64,000 nucleotides of DNA from Candidatus Omnitrophota bacterium (GTDB lineage: Bacteria > Omnitrophota > Gorgyraeia > Duberdicusellales > 4484-171). The notes beneath the pieces were generated by a model. The model was given only the letters and a program-made list of their open reading frames with translations, did not search any database and was not told the origin of the DNA. Each line of letters opens with the position of its first letter. Position 1 is the first letter of the stretch. The DNA is taken from NCBI GenBank assembly GCA_003154195.1, contig PMCS01000008.1, positions 79,366 to 143,365 on the forward strand. The letters are read 5' to 3'. This document shows positions 26,988 through 36,900 of the stretch, one piece after another. Position numbers and translations under genes: made by a program.

Positions 26988-28043
26988 TTACAGCTGGCTC
27001 GATGTGGCCGGACGAAAAATAGCGCGAGCGGCGGTTTCTTTAGAAATAATTCCTTGCTGCGCCAATCTTCTTACGTCAGAATCCATAGTCATCATACCCA
27101 TATTTGTTCCGGTTTGTATTATCGAGTATAACTGATGGGTGTGGCCTTTACGAATGAGATTAGCAACGGCCGGCGTCACGATTAAAACTTCCCTGGCCGC
27201 CGTTCTCCCATTGCCGTCTTTAAGCGTCAAAAGCTGCTGGCAAATTACGCCTTTCAAAACCCCGGCGAGCATCGTTCTTATCTGTTGCTGCTGGTAGGGC
27301 GGAAAAACGTCGATAATCCGGTCTACAGTTTGCAACGCATCCGGCGTATGCAAAGTAGCAAAAACAAGATGACCGGTTTCCGCAATCCCCAGAGCGGCGG
27401 AGATCGTTTCCAGATCGCGCATTTCCCCCACCAGAATCACGTCGGGATCTTCGCGCAAAGCGTATTTAAGCGCGCGGGTGAAAGAAGAAGTATGGGTGCC
27501 TACTTGCCTCTGGGTAACCATTGCCCGCGCGTGAGGATAAATAAATTCAACGGGGTCTTCAATGGTTATAATATGCCGTGGTTCGGTCTGGTTTATTTTG
27601 TTGATTAACGCCGCCAGAGTAGTCGACTTACCATTCCCGGTAGAACCAACCACTAAAACCAAACCGTTATTCAGTTCGGTAAGCCTTATGACTTCCGGCG
27701 TCAAATTCAATTCTTCCGGTGTGGGAATCTTAAAAGGTATAACTCTTATGGCAATGCCGATACCATCTTGCTGCCGATAAAGATTTGCCCGAAAACGGCA
27801 CAAACCTTCGATCTTATAGGAAAAATCCAGTTCCCATTCTTTTTCGAACTCTTCACGCTGTTCCTGCGTAATCATGCTATAGATAAGCTGCGCAGCGGCT
27901 TCCTTGCTTAAAGGGGGAAAATCTTCGAGCGGCTTTATCTCGCCATATAAACGTATGCTTGGCCGCAGGCCGACGGCAAGATGGAGGTCGCTGGCTTTCT
28001 TTTCTACCGTAAACCGCAAAAGATCATTAATATTAACATCCAT
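26988..28043 (-). CDS. pilT: type IV pilus retraction ATPase PilT
   Basis: Walker A GSTGNGKST and ...GEMRDLETISAALGIAETGHLVFATLHT typical of PilT. Confidence 0.9.
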   Translation of the reverse strand: MDVNINDLLRFTVEKKASDLHLAVGLRPSIRLYGEIKPLEDFPPLSKEAAAQLIYSMITQEQREEFEKEWELDFSYKIEGLCRFRANLYRQQDGIGIAIRVIPFKIPTPEELNLTPEVIRLTELNNGLVLVVGSTGNGKSTTLAALINKINQTEPRHIITIEDPVEFIYPHARAMVTQRQVGTHTSSFTRALKYALREDPDVILVGEMRDLETISAALGIAETGHLVFATLHTPDALQTVDRIIDVFPPYQQQQIRTMLAGVLKGVICQQLLTLKDGNGRTAAREVLIVTPAVANLIRKGHTHQLYSIIQTGTNMGMMTMDSDVRRLAQQGIISKETAARAIFRPATSSQL

Positions 28044-28069
28044 ATATTTAATTTAGCATACGCCGGCCT

Positions 28070-29728
28070 TTACGTCAATCGTAAATCCTTTACGGCAAGG
28101 CGGGAAGTATTATAGAAGGGGTCTTTCTCTAGGGTATAGGCGATATCGAAACAGTCGGCGAATTTAACGATTTCCATAAGGTCTTTATCGTAAACAACAG
28201 CTTCCATGGTCCTATCGCTTTGCTCAAGCCATAAGGAAAAACCCCTGCCGGCTTTTTGGGGAGGTTTCTTTTTGGTAACGCCGCGGGTAACAAACAGCGG
28301 CGCGCGGTTCTCCTCTCCGTAAGGCTTGAGCTTCTCCATCTCTTCGCATAACCCCGGGGTAATCTCGTTAAAATCAAGGCGGCAATCGATGTCGCAGACG
28401 GGGACTAAATCATGGGTCGACAAACTTTTTTTAAGATAATCGTTAACGCGCCGGTGGAATGAATTTATCTCATCCCGGGGAATATTGATACCGGCAGCTT
28501 TCTTATGGCCGCCGTACTCGCAAAAACCGGCAGAACATTTCTCTAAAACCTCCATCAGGTGCACACTGTGGATCGAACGCGCCGAACCGCGGGCTGAATC
28601 TTCCTGGAGCGAAAAAACAAAAGACGGCCGATAGTATTTTTCCGCTAATCTTGAAGCGACAATGCCCAGTACCCCGGGATGCCAGTCGTTTCCGGAAACC
28701 ATGATCGCGTAGTCATCGCCGGAATTTTTCTCTAAGATCAACTCTGCCTCCCGTAGGATAACGCTTTCGATATCTTTACGCGTTTTATTATATTCGTTAA
28801 GTTTTTGGGCCAGCCGTAAAGATTCGTCTTGGTCGCGGCTTAAAAATAAATCCAGAGCGTCGTTGGCGTGCGCGATGCGTCCGGCGGCGTTAATGCGCGG
28901 GCCGAGAATAAACCCCAGGTGAAACGAATCGAGATTCCTCTGTTTGACGCCGCTGGCCTCGCACAAGCTTTTAATCGCAAGGCGTTCGCTCTGGCGGATA
29001 CATTTTAAGCCTTCGATTAAAAGAGCCCTGTTTTCGCCGCGCAAGGGAACAACATCACAAACAATAGACAAGGCCGCCAAATCCAAAACATCATAGCAAT
29101 CCTCGCCGGTCAACGCCTGCAACAGCTTAAACGACAGGGCTCCGGCGCTGAAATCTTTAAAAGGATAATCCGAATCCGCTCTCTTGGGATTAACAAACGC
29201 GAATGGCCGGTTTGCTCCTTCCTTAGGGTGATGGTGATCGACCACAATCGCCTCTATCCCGTATTGTTCCGCTAAATTTATCTCATTAAAAGAATTTGTG
29301 CCGCAATCAAAAGCGACGATAAGGCCGGCGCCGAAAGAACGGGCTTTTTCGATCGCGTCAACGCTTAACCCGTAACCGTCATTGACGCGATGGGGGATAT
29401 AAAAAAAACAGGGCGAAGTATGGCGCAAAATAAATTCATTAAATATCGCGCAACTGGTGACGCCATCGACATCATAATCGCCGACGACAAATATCTTTTC
29501 CCGCGCGGTAATCGCTTTCTTGATACGCTCAACCGCCCGGGCCATATCGGGAAGCGCCAGCGGCGAAGGAAGATGATCGACATCGGGATTCAAAAATTCT
29601 TCGACATCGTCGCCTCCGGATAAACGATAGGCCAAAACCTGCGCCAATGGCAGGGAAATGTTATAGCGCTCGCTAAAGGCTCGGGCTTGCGGATGGGTTT
29701 CTTTTATTTTCCAGTTTTTTCGTTTCAT
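28070..29728 (-). CDS. recJ: single-stranded-DNA-specific exonuclease RecJ
   Basis: DHH motifs VVGDYDVDGVTS and IVVDHH, plus DHHA1. The start is refined to MKRKNWKIK at 29728; the ORF-track start at 29803 reads through two hairpin modules. Confidence 0.85.
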   Translation of the reverse strand: MKRKNWKIKETHPQARAFSERYNISLPLAQVLAYRLSGGDDVEEFLNPDVDHLPSPLALPDMARAVERIKKAITAREKIFVVGDYDVDGVTSCAIFNEFILRHTSPCFFYIPHRVNDGYGLSVDAIEKARSFGAGLIVAFDCGTNSFNEINLAEQYGIEAIVVDHHHPKEGANRPFAFVNPKRADSDYPFKDFSAGALSFKLLQALTGEDCYDVLDLAALSIVCDVVPLRGENRALLIEGLKCIRQSERLAIKSLCEASGVKQRNLDSFHLGFILGPRINAAGRIAHANDALDLFLSRDQDESLRLAQKLNEYNKTRKDIESVILREAELILEKNSGDDYAIMVSGNDWHPGVLGIVASRLAEKYYRPSFVFSLQEDSARGSARSIHSVHLMEVLEKCSAGFCEYGGHKKAAGINIPRDEINSFHRRVNDYLKKSLSTHDLVPVCDIDCRLDFNEITPGLCEEMEKLKPYGEENRAPLFVTRGVTKKKPPQKAGRGFSLWLEQSDRTMEAVVYDKDLMEIVKFADCFDIAYTLEKDPFYNTSRLAVKDLRLT

Positions 29729-29776
29729 ATTTTTTTGCTTCGCAAAAAAATATCCTTCCATCCGCTTCACGGATGG
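29728..29776. repeat. AT hairpin plus CCATCCGC-TTCA-CGGATGG hairpin pair
   Basis: tatttttttgcttcgcaaaaaaata followed by ccatccgcttcacggatgg, in the recJ 5' region. Confidence 0.8.
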
Positions 29777-29944
29777 AAAAGACACATCAAAATACCGACA
29801 CACCTATCAAACGTAGTCTTCTGGTACATGGATAACTCTCAAAATTTATTTTATCATAAAAACGGCGGAAACAGAAAAGATTTTAAAATTCGGCTTAATA
29901 TATAACATATTTATTAGCGAAATGCCAATTTTCAACCGGGAAAA

Positions 29945-31951
29945 TCAGAACTCTCGTTTCAGGAAAATAACGCTCAAGGCAGGTAGTGTCAGATTGAGGG
30001 AATAAGGCTGGTTGTGCATGGTTATCCAGTCGGCGTTAACCCCACCGCAATTGCCCTGGTTGCCGCCGCCATACTTAAATGCGTCGCTGTTTAATACCTC
30101 TTTCCAGTAGCCTTCAGCGGGAACACCGACGCGGTAAGCGTAACGCGTTACCGGCGTAAGGTTGCAAACGACTAAAATCACATTCGGCGTGGTGGCGCCG
30201 CGCCGGATAAAGCTGACGACGCCGGAATCGGTATCGGAAAAATCGATCCAGGAAAAGCCTTCCCATGTAAAATCTTTTTGGAACAGCACCGGTTCGTTAC
30301 GATAAAAATGGTTCAGGTCTTTTACCCATGTTTGTATCCCCTTATGCCAATCTATCCCCAACAAATGCCAATCAAGGCTGGAATCGTGGTCCCATTCGCG
30401 GCCCTGCGCCAATTCCGCACCCATAAACAAAAGTTTCTTGCCGGGAAACCCGTACATATAGCCGAAAAGCTGGCGCAAATTGGCAAATTTCTGCCAGCAT
30501 TCCCCGGGCATCTTAGAAAGCAGCGAACCTTTACCGTGGACGACTTCATCGTGCGAAAGGGAAAGCATGAAGTTTTCCGTAAACGCGTAAAGCATACTGA
30601 AGGTAAGGTTATTATGGTGATGCTTGCGGTAAACCGGGTCTTTGCTGAAAAACTCCAGGGTATCGTGCATCCAGCCCATGTTCCACTTAAGACCGAAGCC
30701 GAGGCCGCCTTCATGGATCGGCTTAGAGACCTTGGTCCACGATGTCGATTCCTCGGCGATCATCTGCGTCCCCGGATAATTTTTATAAACCGCTTCATTA
30801 AGGCGCTTGAGAAAATGAATCGCGTCTAAATTTTCCCGGCCGCCCTGGGCATTAGGGATCCACTCCCCTTCTTTACGGGAATAATCCAGGTAAAGCATCG
30901 ATGCTACCGCGTCCACGCGCAAGCCGTCGGCGTGATACCGGTCAAGCCAGAAGAGAGCGCTGGAGATCAAAAACGAACGCACTTCATTGCGGCCATAGTT
31001 AAAAATATAACTCTTCCAATCGGGATGGAATCCTTTTTTATCGTCATTGTGTTCATATAAATCGGTCCCGTCAAAATTCATCAGCCCATGCAAATCGCCG
31101 GGGAAATGACTGGGAACCCAGTCTAAAATAACACCGATACCCTGCTCGTGCAGGTAATCGACCAGGTACATAAAATCCTGCGGGCTGCCGTAACGGCTGG
31201 AAGGCGCGAAATATCCGGTTACCTGATACCCCCAGGAAGCATAGAAAGGATGTTCCATTACCGGCATGAATTCTACGTGGGTAAATCCCATTTCCTGCAC
31301 GTAATCCGCCAAGCGCGGCCCTAATTCCCGATAAGAAAGCGAGCGGTTGCCGTCTTCGGGAACCTTGCGCCAGCTGGGCAGATGCATTTCGTAAATCGAC
31401 ATCGGGCTGTTTAAATCATTAAACCGGTAACGGTTCTGGATCCACTCGTCGTCGTGCCAATCATAATTAAGACTGCTGACCACCGAAGCGGTTTTAGGCG
31501 GCATCTCGCAGAAAAAAGCGTAGGGATCGGCTTTTTCTAAAATCTGCCGGTGAAATCGGGAAACAATGTGGTATTTATAAATCGCGCCGGCAGGTACTCC
31601 GGGAATAAACCCTTCCCAGAGGCCGGTAGAATCCCAGCGGCTGGACAAAGGATGCGCCCCGGGGTTCCAGTTGTTAAAATCGCCTACCACCGAAACGCTT
31701 TCGGCGTCCGGAGCCCATACGGCGAAATGCGCGCCGGCCTTGCGTCCCACCATGCGCAGATGCGCTCCCAATTTTTCGTATAGCCGGAAATGATTGCCTT
31801 CGCGGAAATAATGGGCGTCTTCATCATTAAATTCACTGACGCCGTAAATTACCTCGCCGATAGGCTGAGGCGGGTGGGAAATTTTCAGCGATAAGGGCTT
31901 TTTAACCCTGACTGGATTTCTTCTTGTATTGGATTTTTGTTTTTTTATCAC
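29945..31951 (-). CDS. glgB: 1,4-alpha-glucan branching enzyme
   Basis: 668 aa GH13 enzyme with the N-terminal CBM48 region (VWAPDAESVSVVGDFNNWN) and catalytic motifs. Confidence 0.9.
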   Translation of the reverse strand: MIKKQKSNTRRNPVRVKKPLSLKISHPPQPIGEVIYGVSEFNDEDAHYFREGNHFRLYEKLGAHLRMVGRKAGAHFAVWAPDAESVSVVGDFNNWNPGAHPLSSRWDSTGLWEGFIPGVPAGAIYKYHIVSRFHRQILEKADPYAFFCEMPPKTASVVSSLNYDWHDDEWIQNRYRFNDLNSPMSIYEMHLPSWRKVPEDGNRSLSYRELGPRLADYVQEMGFTHVEFMPVMEHPFYASWGYQVTGYFAPSSRYGSPQDFMYLVDYLHEQGIGVILDWVPSHFPGDLHGLMNFDGTDLYEHNDDKKGFHPDWKSYIFNYGRNEVRSFLISSALFWLDRYHADGLRVDAVASMLYLDYSRKEGEWIPNAQGGRENLDAIHFLKRLNEAVYKNYPGTQMIAEESTSWTKVSKPIHEGGLGFGLKWNMGWMHDTLEFFSKDPVYRKHHHNNLTFSMLYAFTENFMLSLSHDEVVHGKGSLLSKMPGECWQKFANLRQLFGYMYGFPGKKLLFMGAELAQGREWDHDSSLDWHLLGIDWHKGIQTWVKDLNHFYRNEPVLFQKDFTWEGFSWIDFSDTDSGVVSFIRRGATTPNVILVVCNLTPVTRYAYRVGVPAEGYWKEVLNSDAFKYGGGNQGNCGGVNADWITMHNQPYSLNLTLPALSVIFLKREF

Positions 31952-32078
31952 GATAGGGATATTTTTTTAGCCACGGATACGCACTGATTAAACACAGATA
32001 AAATAATTATTTAATTATTTTCATCCGTGTTTATCCGTGTCAATCTGTGGCAAAATAAAAACACCGATAATCAGCTTA

Positions 32079-32531
32079 TCAAGCAGCATTCAACTTGCTT
32101 CTCACTATTTCGCTGACTTTTTTGGAATCGGCGCGGACGCCGACCTTAGCCAGGACTTCTTTCATCACCTTGCCCATATCTTTAATAGAAGAGCTGCCGG
32201 TATCTTTAATCGCCTGGGCGACGATATCGGACAATTCCGCGGCGGTTAAGCCCTCAGGAAGATAGACATTTAAAATGTTTATTTGCGAATCGACTTCCTG
32301 GATGAATTCCGGCTTGCTGGCCGTGCCGATACTTGTCTTAGCGTCATCCAGACGTTTTTTCTGTTTACTGATAACCGTCAATGTTTCATTATCGTCAAGC
32401 TTATTTTTTTTCGCGGCGATTGCCGCGTTCTTGATCTCGGCGCGCAAATAGTTTAAAAAATCAAACCGCGGCTTATCCTTCGCCTTCATCGCCGCAACAT
32501 AATCCTGATAAATTTTTTCTTCTATTGTCAT
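32079..32531 (-). CDS. GatB/YqeY domain protein
   Basis: MTIEEKIYQDYVAAMKAKDK...LNYLRAEIKN... typical of the YqeY family. Confidence 0.7.
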   Translation of the reverse strand: MTIEEKIYQDYVAAMKAKDKPRFDFLNYLRAEIKNAAIAAKKNKLDDNETLTVISKQKKRLDDAKTSIGTASKPEFIQEVDSQINILNVYLPEGLTAAELSDIVAQAIKDTGSSSIKDMGKVMKEVLAKVGVRADSKKVSEIVRSKLNAA

Positions 32532-32546
32532 AGCTATTCTCCTTTT

Positions 32547-32577
32547 TATTTATTTTTTGCGCAGCAAAAAATAAATA
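32547..32577. repeat. AT hairpin module
   Basis: ttatttattttttgcgcagcaaaaaataaataa, between the MFS stop and the yqeY start. Confidence 0.75.
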
Positions 32578-32644
32578 ATTATATTATACCAAAACGACAG
32601 CGTAAAAAAAGGTTTATCGCGATAAGCTATGTTTCCACTGCTTG

Positions 32645-33913
32645 CTATATACTTGTGGGGATGGCCGGTATTATCCCTTTTTTCAAATATACCAGGCGTA
32701 TCTTTTCCCGCAAGACCGGCAACTTCCCGCTGAACAGCAAAGCGCCGATAACACAGCACACCCCTCCGATCAAAAGCGTTGCCGGCGCGCCGATTTTAGT
32801 CGCCAAGGTTCCGGCAAACAGGCTGCCGAACGGCATTGTCCCCATAAACGCCATCGTGTAAAAACTCATCACCCGGCCGCGCTTATCGTCGTCGACCACT
32901 GTCTGCAAAATCGTATTGGATGAAGCCATCTGGACCATCATGCTGAACCCCGCGGCCAGGATAAAAAACATTGCCAGCCATAAATTACGGCAGAAAGAAA
33001 CCGCGATAATCGCCAAGCCGAAAGAAGCGGTATTCAGCATAATCAGATTTTCCAAACCAATAACTTTTTTCCGGCCGGCAAGATAAATCGCGCCGGTTAA
33101 CGCCCCCACCCCCGACATCGCCACCAGAAACCCCAACGTCCGGGAATCGCCGTGAAAAACATCGCGCGCAAACACCGGCATCAACACCTGGTAGGGCACG
33201 CCGACCAAACTGGTCATTGCCAGGAGAAAAATAATATATTTTATCGGCGCGAAACCCATCACGTACTTTAAACCGTCTTTTATTTCCGATAGCATACGCT
33301 TATCGGGAATATTTTTCTCTACATAGGTTATTTTCATCGCCAGCAGGGAAACAATCACTGCGATATAGCTCACGGCGTTAAGCAAAAAACAGACCCCTTC
33401 TCCGGCAATGGCGATAATAATCCCGGCAAATGCCGGCCCCAGGAGCTTAGCGATATTAAACATCGACGAATTAAGCGCGATCGCATTGCCCAAATCCTCT
33501 TTCTTCTCGATCATCTCGATGATAAACGACTGGCGTATCGGGATATCGAAACAATTCACTATGCCCAGTAAAGAGCCAAGCGCGATTATCTGCCAGATGA
33601 CGATATGGTTGGTCAGTACCAAGATCGTTAAAACTACCGCCTGAAGCATCGCCAGGCTCTGGGTAATCACCAGCAACCGGTGTTTATTGTGCCGGTCGGC
33701 AATGACCCCGGCAAAAGGAGAAAAAACAAAGGTGGGAATTTGGCTGGCGAAACCGGCCACGCCCAAAAGCAGCGCTGAATTCGTCAGCCGGTACACCAAC
33801 CACCCTACGGCAATAGACTGCATCCAGGTGCCGATAAGGGAAATAACCTGGCCGAAAAAAAACAGGCGGTAATTACGGTAAGATAAACAACGGAAAACAA
33901 GTTTGAAATTCAT
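32645..33913 (-). CDS. MFS transporter (EntS/macrolide-efflux-like)
   Basis: 422 aa with about 12 TM helices and an MFS_3-like N-terminus YRNYRLFFFGQVISLIGTWMQ. Confidence 0.75.
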   Translation of the reverse strand: MNFKLVFRCLSYRNYRLFFFGQVISLIGTWMQSIAVGWLVYRLTNSALLLGVAGFASQIPTFVFSPFAGVIADRHNKHRLLVITQSLAMLQAVVLTILVLTNHIVIWQIIALGSLLGIVNCFDIPIRQSFIIEMIEKKEDLGNAIALNSSMFNIAKLLGPAFAGIIIAIAGEGVCFLLNAVSYIAVIVSLLAMKITYVEKNIPDKRMLSEIKDGLKYVMGFAPIKYIIFLLAMTSLVGVPYQVLMPVFARDVFHGDSRTLGFLVAMSGVGALTGAIYLAGRKKVIGLENLIMLNTASFGLAIIAVSFCRNLWLAMFFILAAGFSMMVQMASSNTILQTVVDDDKRGRVMSFYTMAFMGTMPFGSLFAGTLATKIGAPATLLIGGVCCVIGALLFSGKLPVLREKIRLVYLKKGIIPAIPTSI

Positions 33914-34055
33914 AGTCAGGTATTATAGCAAAAGCGGCGGGTTTGGGTAGGATTAAAAGACAGCGGGCAGGAAGGAGTAGGTAGGAATGCTGAAGGCGTA
34001 ATTATCTAAAATAACACTATACGCTTACCCGAAAGCACACTAGAATAGAAGGCCC

Positions 34056-34595
34056 ATGATGATACATTTCGATAAATTATGCAAGCAGGCTAATTTTATC
34101 GTGATAAAATATTTTAACAACCACGGTTATCAATTCCGGAATAATGCCTGTGAGGAACAAGACTTACGACAGGAAGCCAATATACTTGTATGGCATATCC
34201 TTAAAAGCAAAAATTACCAGGATAAACCCTTTCCTGAATTAAAAAAAATCATAAACTCAGCGGTGGGAAGAAGAATGGAAGATCTAAAAAATAAAGCCCA
34301 TAGATATGCCGAGAAATTCACGGTTATTAACTTAGAAATGCAGGTAAACGACGATGAATATCTTGATAGCCTTAATCCCGAAGACAGCCGTCGGAAAGAA
34401 ATATACCCATTTATTAACGATTTAGGTAAATTAGGTGTTTGTACCCCCCAAGAATGCGACTTGATCCATAAAAGATTCGTCCTAAACAGGACAATGGAAG
34501 AGATTGGGGCCGAATATAAGGTATCCAAGGGGCGAATCAGCCAGATATTTAAAGAAATCCTGGAAAAAGTCAAAAATAAATTAAACAATTCCTAA
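34056..34595 (+). CDS. divergent ECF-like sigma-70 family protein
   Basis: 179 aa. Region-2-like DLRQEANILVWHILKSKNYQDKPFPE and region-4-like HTH LNRTMEEIGAEYKVSKGRISQIFKEILEKV. Markedly AT-rich. Plus strand, among minus-strand neighbours. Confidence 0.5.
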   Translation: MMIHFDKLCKQANFIVIKYFNNHGYQFRNNACEEQDLRQEANILVWHILKSKNYQDKPFPELKKIINSAVGRRMEDLKNKAHRYAEKFTVINLEMQVNDDEYLDSLNPEDSRRKEIYPFINDLGKLGVCTPQECDLIHKRFVLNRTMEEIGAEYKVSKGRISQIFKEILEKVKNKLNNS

Positions 34596-34857
34596 CTTCA
34601 TCCCATTAATGTATGTGAAGAGACAATCCGCAACTTAACCTCCCCATTCCAACTTACCCGTCAAATAATACTCAGATCGGTTTAAATTAAGCTAAAATAC
34701 TAGGTTTTTGTGGTAATCGGCGGGTTGTGAGCTAATATATCGTGTCCCCGGAACTTTGCAAAAATTTCACCACAGAGCGCACAGAGTTCACAGAGATGAT
34801 CAATCAATTCACATTTCAAGGGCTGCCCCTGTTATCCTTCTCCTGTTATCCTTGTTA

Positions 34858-35814
34858 TTAGCGCCTATTTTTTATGTAGCTATTCTTTAATAAAAAATCA
34901 TACGTGGCGTTACAAGCAAAATCATGCCCCTTGGGTGTCCAATGGGACCTGTCTCCGGGATATCGATAAGAAGTTTGCAAAGCAATATATGGTATATTAC
35001 TTTTTATACAGTTTGACTCCATATCCTGATCTTTATCGATAAAACCTATGATAAGCGTAGAATTGTTCGCTTTTAAAAAACTATTCATTTCGCATATAAT
35101 ATTATTGGTTGGATCAGGCACGTGAATTGTTGGGCTGGCAATCTGAAATATTACCTTGAGAACAGCGCTAAATAAATAACTTTTAAAAAAACCAGAATGC
35201 TCATGATAATAATAATTTTGCGACTTGGGAACGGGGATTCCCTTTAAGACGAGCTTGTTGCTCTGAATAACGAAATATGGTTTATAATAACCGTCATACC
35301 TTACGTTGGTTGAATTATCATCGCGGTCATTATCTTCAAACATCAAAAATACTATATCTGGTTTATAACGATAGAAATATTTCTTTAGGATGAGATATTC
35401 TTGGTCGGAGCCATAACCGCTGACCCCAAAATTAAGTATCTCATAATCCGGCAACAATTTCTGTAGTTTTTCAGTGAAACGTTCTTTTTGCTCAACGTCA
35501 TATCCCCAGACAAAAGAATCTCCCAGAAAAATGATTCGCGGCTTTCCTTTTGGTCCATGGTCGCGATCGCGAAAGCCAACTGAATTGTTTTTTACAAAAA
35601 TCTTCCTGCTCCCCGTATAATAATGTTCCTCGCCGCTTATGGGAAACCATCCCAGTTCTTTATCATATTTATAAAGAAGATTTCGCTCATCGTAATGGAG
35701 AAAACCGCTGAGGCAGCGCGTATTCAAAAATAGCCGGCAGCCCCCTTCGCCTAAAAAACAAGCAAAAACAAGTCCCATAACAATACTAATTATCCAAAAT
35801 AATAATTTTTTCAT
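34858..35814 (-). CDS. SGNH/GDSL hydrolase family protein with N-terminal anchor
   Basis: IIFLGDSFVWG (GDS block) and GVSGYGSDQE. AT-rich coding sequence. Confidence 0.6.
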   Translation of the reverse strand: MKKLLFWIISIVMGLVFACFLGEGGCRLFLNTRCLSGFLHYDERNLLYKYDKELGWFPISGEEHYYTGSRKIFVKNNSVGFRDRDHGPKGKPRIIFLGDSFVWGYDVEQKERFTEKLQKLLPDYEILNFGVSGYGSDQEYLILKKYFYRYKPDIVFLMFEDNDRDDNSTNVRYDGYYKPYFVIQSNKLVLKGIPVPKSQNYYYHEHSGFFKSYLFSAVLKVIFQIASPTIHVPDPTNNIICEMNSFLKANNSTLIIGFIDKDQDMESNCIKSNIPYIALQTSYRYPGDRSHWTPKGHDFACNATYDFLLKNSYIKNRR

Positions 35815-36096
35815 AACCCGTTTATTCCAAATCTAGACTGCTCCCCACATCTCCGCCTATCCCGATAAGTATAAGTTTCAAGGAATAACAGCCCTTGCCT
35901 GCCAAAAGTTGAAACTTTTGGCGAGGTCTCGCCTCCGGCGGAAAATGTGAATTGACCCTATTTTCCCCGCCCCTTTTATTTTTTTAATCTGTGAAAATCT
36001 GAGGAATCTGTGGACAAAAAGCTTTCGTTTTTCCAGCTTCCTTTTTCCTTATTTTTTCCAATGCCCCGTTATATCACATTCCCCCAAAAAAGTAAA

Positions 36097-36164
36097 CCCG
36101 AAAAGTGTGTTTAGAGCGAGCAAAGAGCGGCAAATATTTGCCGCGAGTAAACACATTTTTCGGG
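36097..36164. promoter_or_regulatory. nested palindrome (operator-like)
   Basis: cccgaaaagtgtgtttag ... gtaaacacatttttcggg, enclosing the perfect 18-bp palindrome gcggcaaatatttgccgc. Confidence 0.45.
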
Positions 36165-36187
36165 TGGAGAAAAACTTTCACCATATT

Positions 36188-36230
36188 AGAAAAACCCCGG
36201 CAAGCAGGTATCTTTACCTGCCTACCGGGG
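36188..36230 (-). terminator. rho-independent terminator of the Cys-rich secreted protein gene
   Basis: Minus strand reads ccccggtaggcaggtaaagatacctgcttgccgggg followed by ttttt. Confidence 0.7.
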
Positions 36231-36248
36231 TTCAATCTCTATACTTAC

Positions 36249-36752
36249 TTATTTTTTCTTATTTTCGTTAGCTTCGTTTTTAGGCTCTACTTTTTCACCG
36301 GCCTCTTCCTTCTCATTCATCTCTTCCATCGCTTCTTTCTTATGCTTAGAATTGCACATTCCCTTCAATTCTTTTGCTAATTTGGGATTTGATTTTTCTA
36401 ACGCCGCGGCAGAATCTTTTAAAAGTTTTGTCCTGGCTTCATAGCGTTCCTTACGCGCTTTCCATTCCTGGGCTTCCTTGGTTTTCTCATCGGCAAAAGC
36501 CTTCAATTCTTTCGCTAACTCCGGATTGGTTTTCTCCAAAGCGGCGGCCGAATCATTTAAAGCCTTGATCTTGGCTTCCGGGCTTCCTTTACCTTCTTTC
36601 CCCTTCTTGCAGCAATCTTTACCTTTCCCGCAACACTCCTTGCCATCTTTACCTTTCTCACCGCACTTCTTTTCCGCAAACGATGAACCGGATACAAAAC
36701 AAGTAACCGCGAACACAAACGCTACAACCAACGCACCTTTTAACAATTTCAT
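36249..36752 (-). CDS. secreted Cys/Lys-rich protein with two internal repeats
   Basis: Signal peptide MKLLKGALVVAFVFAVTCFVSGSSFA, then CGEKGKDGKECCGKGKDCCKKGK. Two repeats of about 30 aa (KALNDSAAALEKTNPELAKELKAFADEK / KLLKDSAAALEKSNPKLAKELKGMCNS). AGGGAGG Shine-Dalgarno 7 nt upstream of the ATG at 36752. Confidence 0.55.
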   Translation of the reverse strand: MKLLKGALVVAFVFAVTCFVSGSSFAEKKCGEKGKDGKECCGKGKDCCKKGKEGKGSPEAKIKALNDSAAALEKTNPELAKELKAFADEKTKEAQEWKARKERYEARTKLLKDSAAALEKSNPKLAKELKGMCNSKHKKEAMEEMNEKEEAGEKVEPKNEANENKKK

Positions 36753-36900
36753 ACCAACCTCCCTTTTAGTTACAATAAAACCTATCCTTGCCACAAAGAC
36801 GCCAAGACTCTAAGCTGGAACAAATGAAGAAAAACCAGATACCCCTTAACAACGAATCACACTAATCACGCGAATAAAATATGAGAAAAAATATCACCAC

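Noticed and set aside
36105-36380. Plus-strand 91-aa ORF
   Set aside because: It spans the nested palindrome, the terminator hairpin and the 3' end of the real minus-strand Cys-rich protein gene. The translation is hydrophobic and low-complexity.
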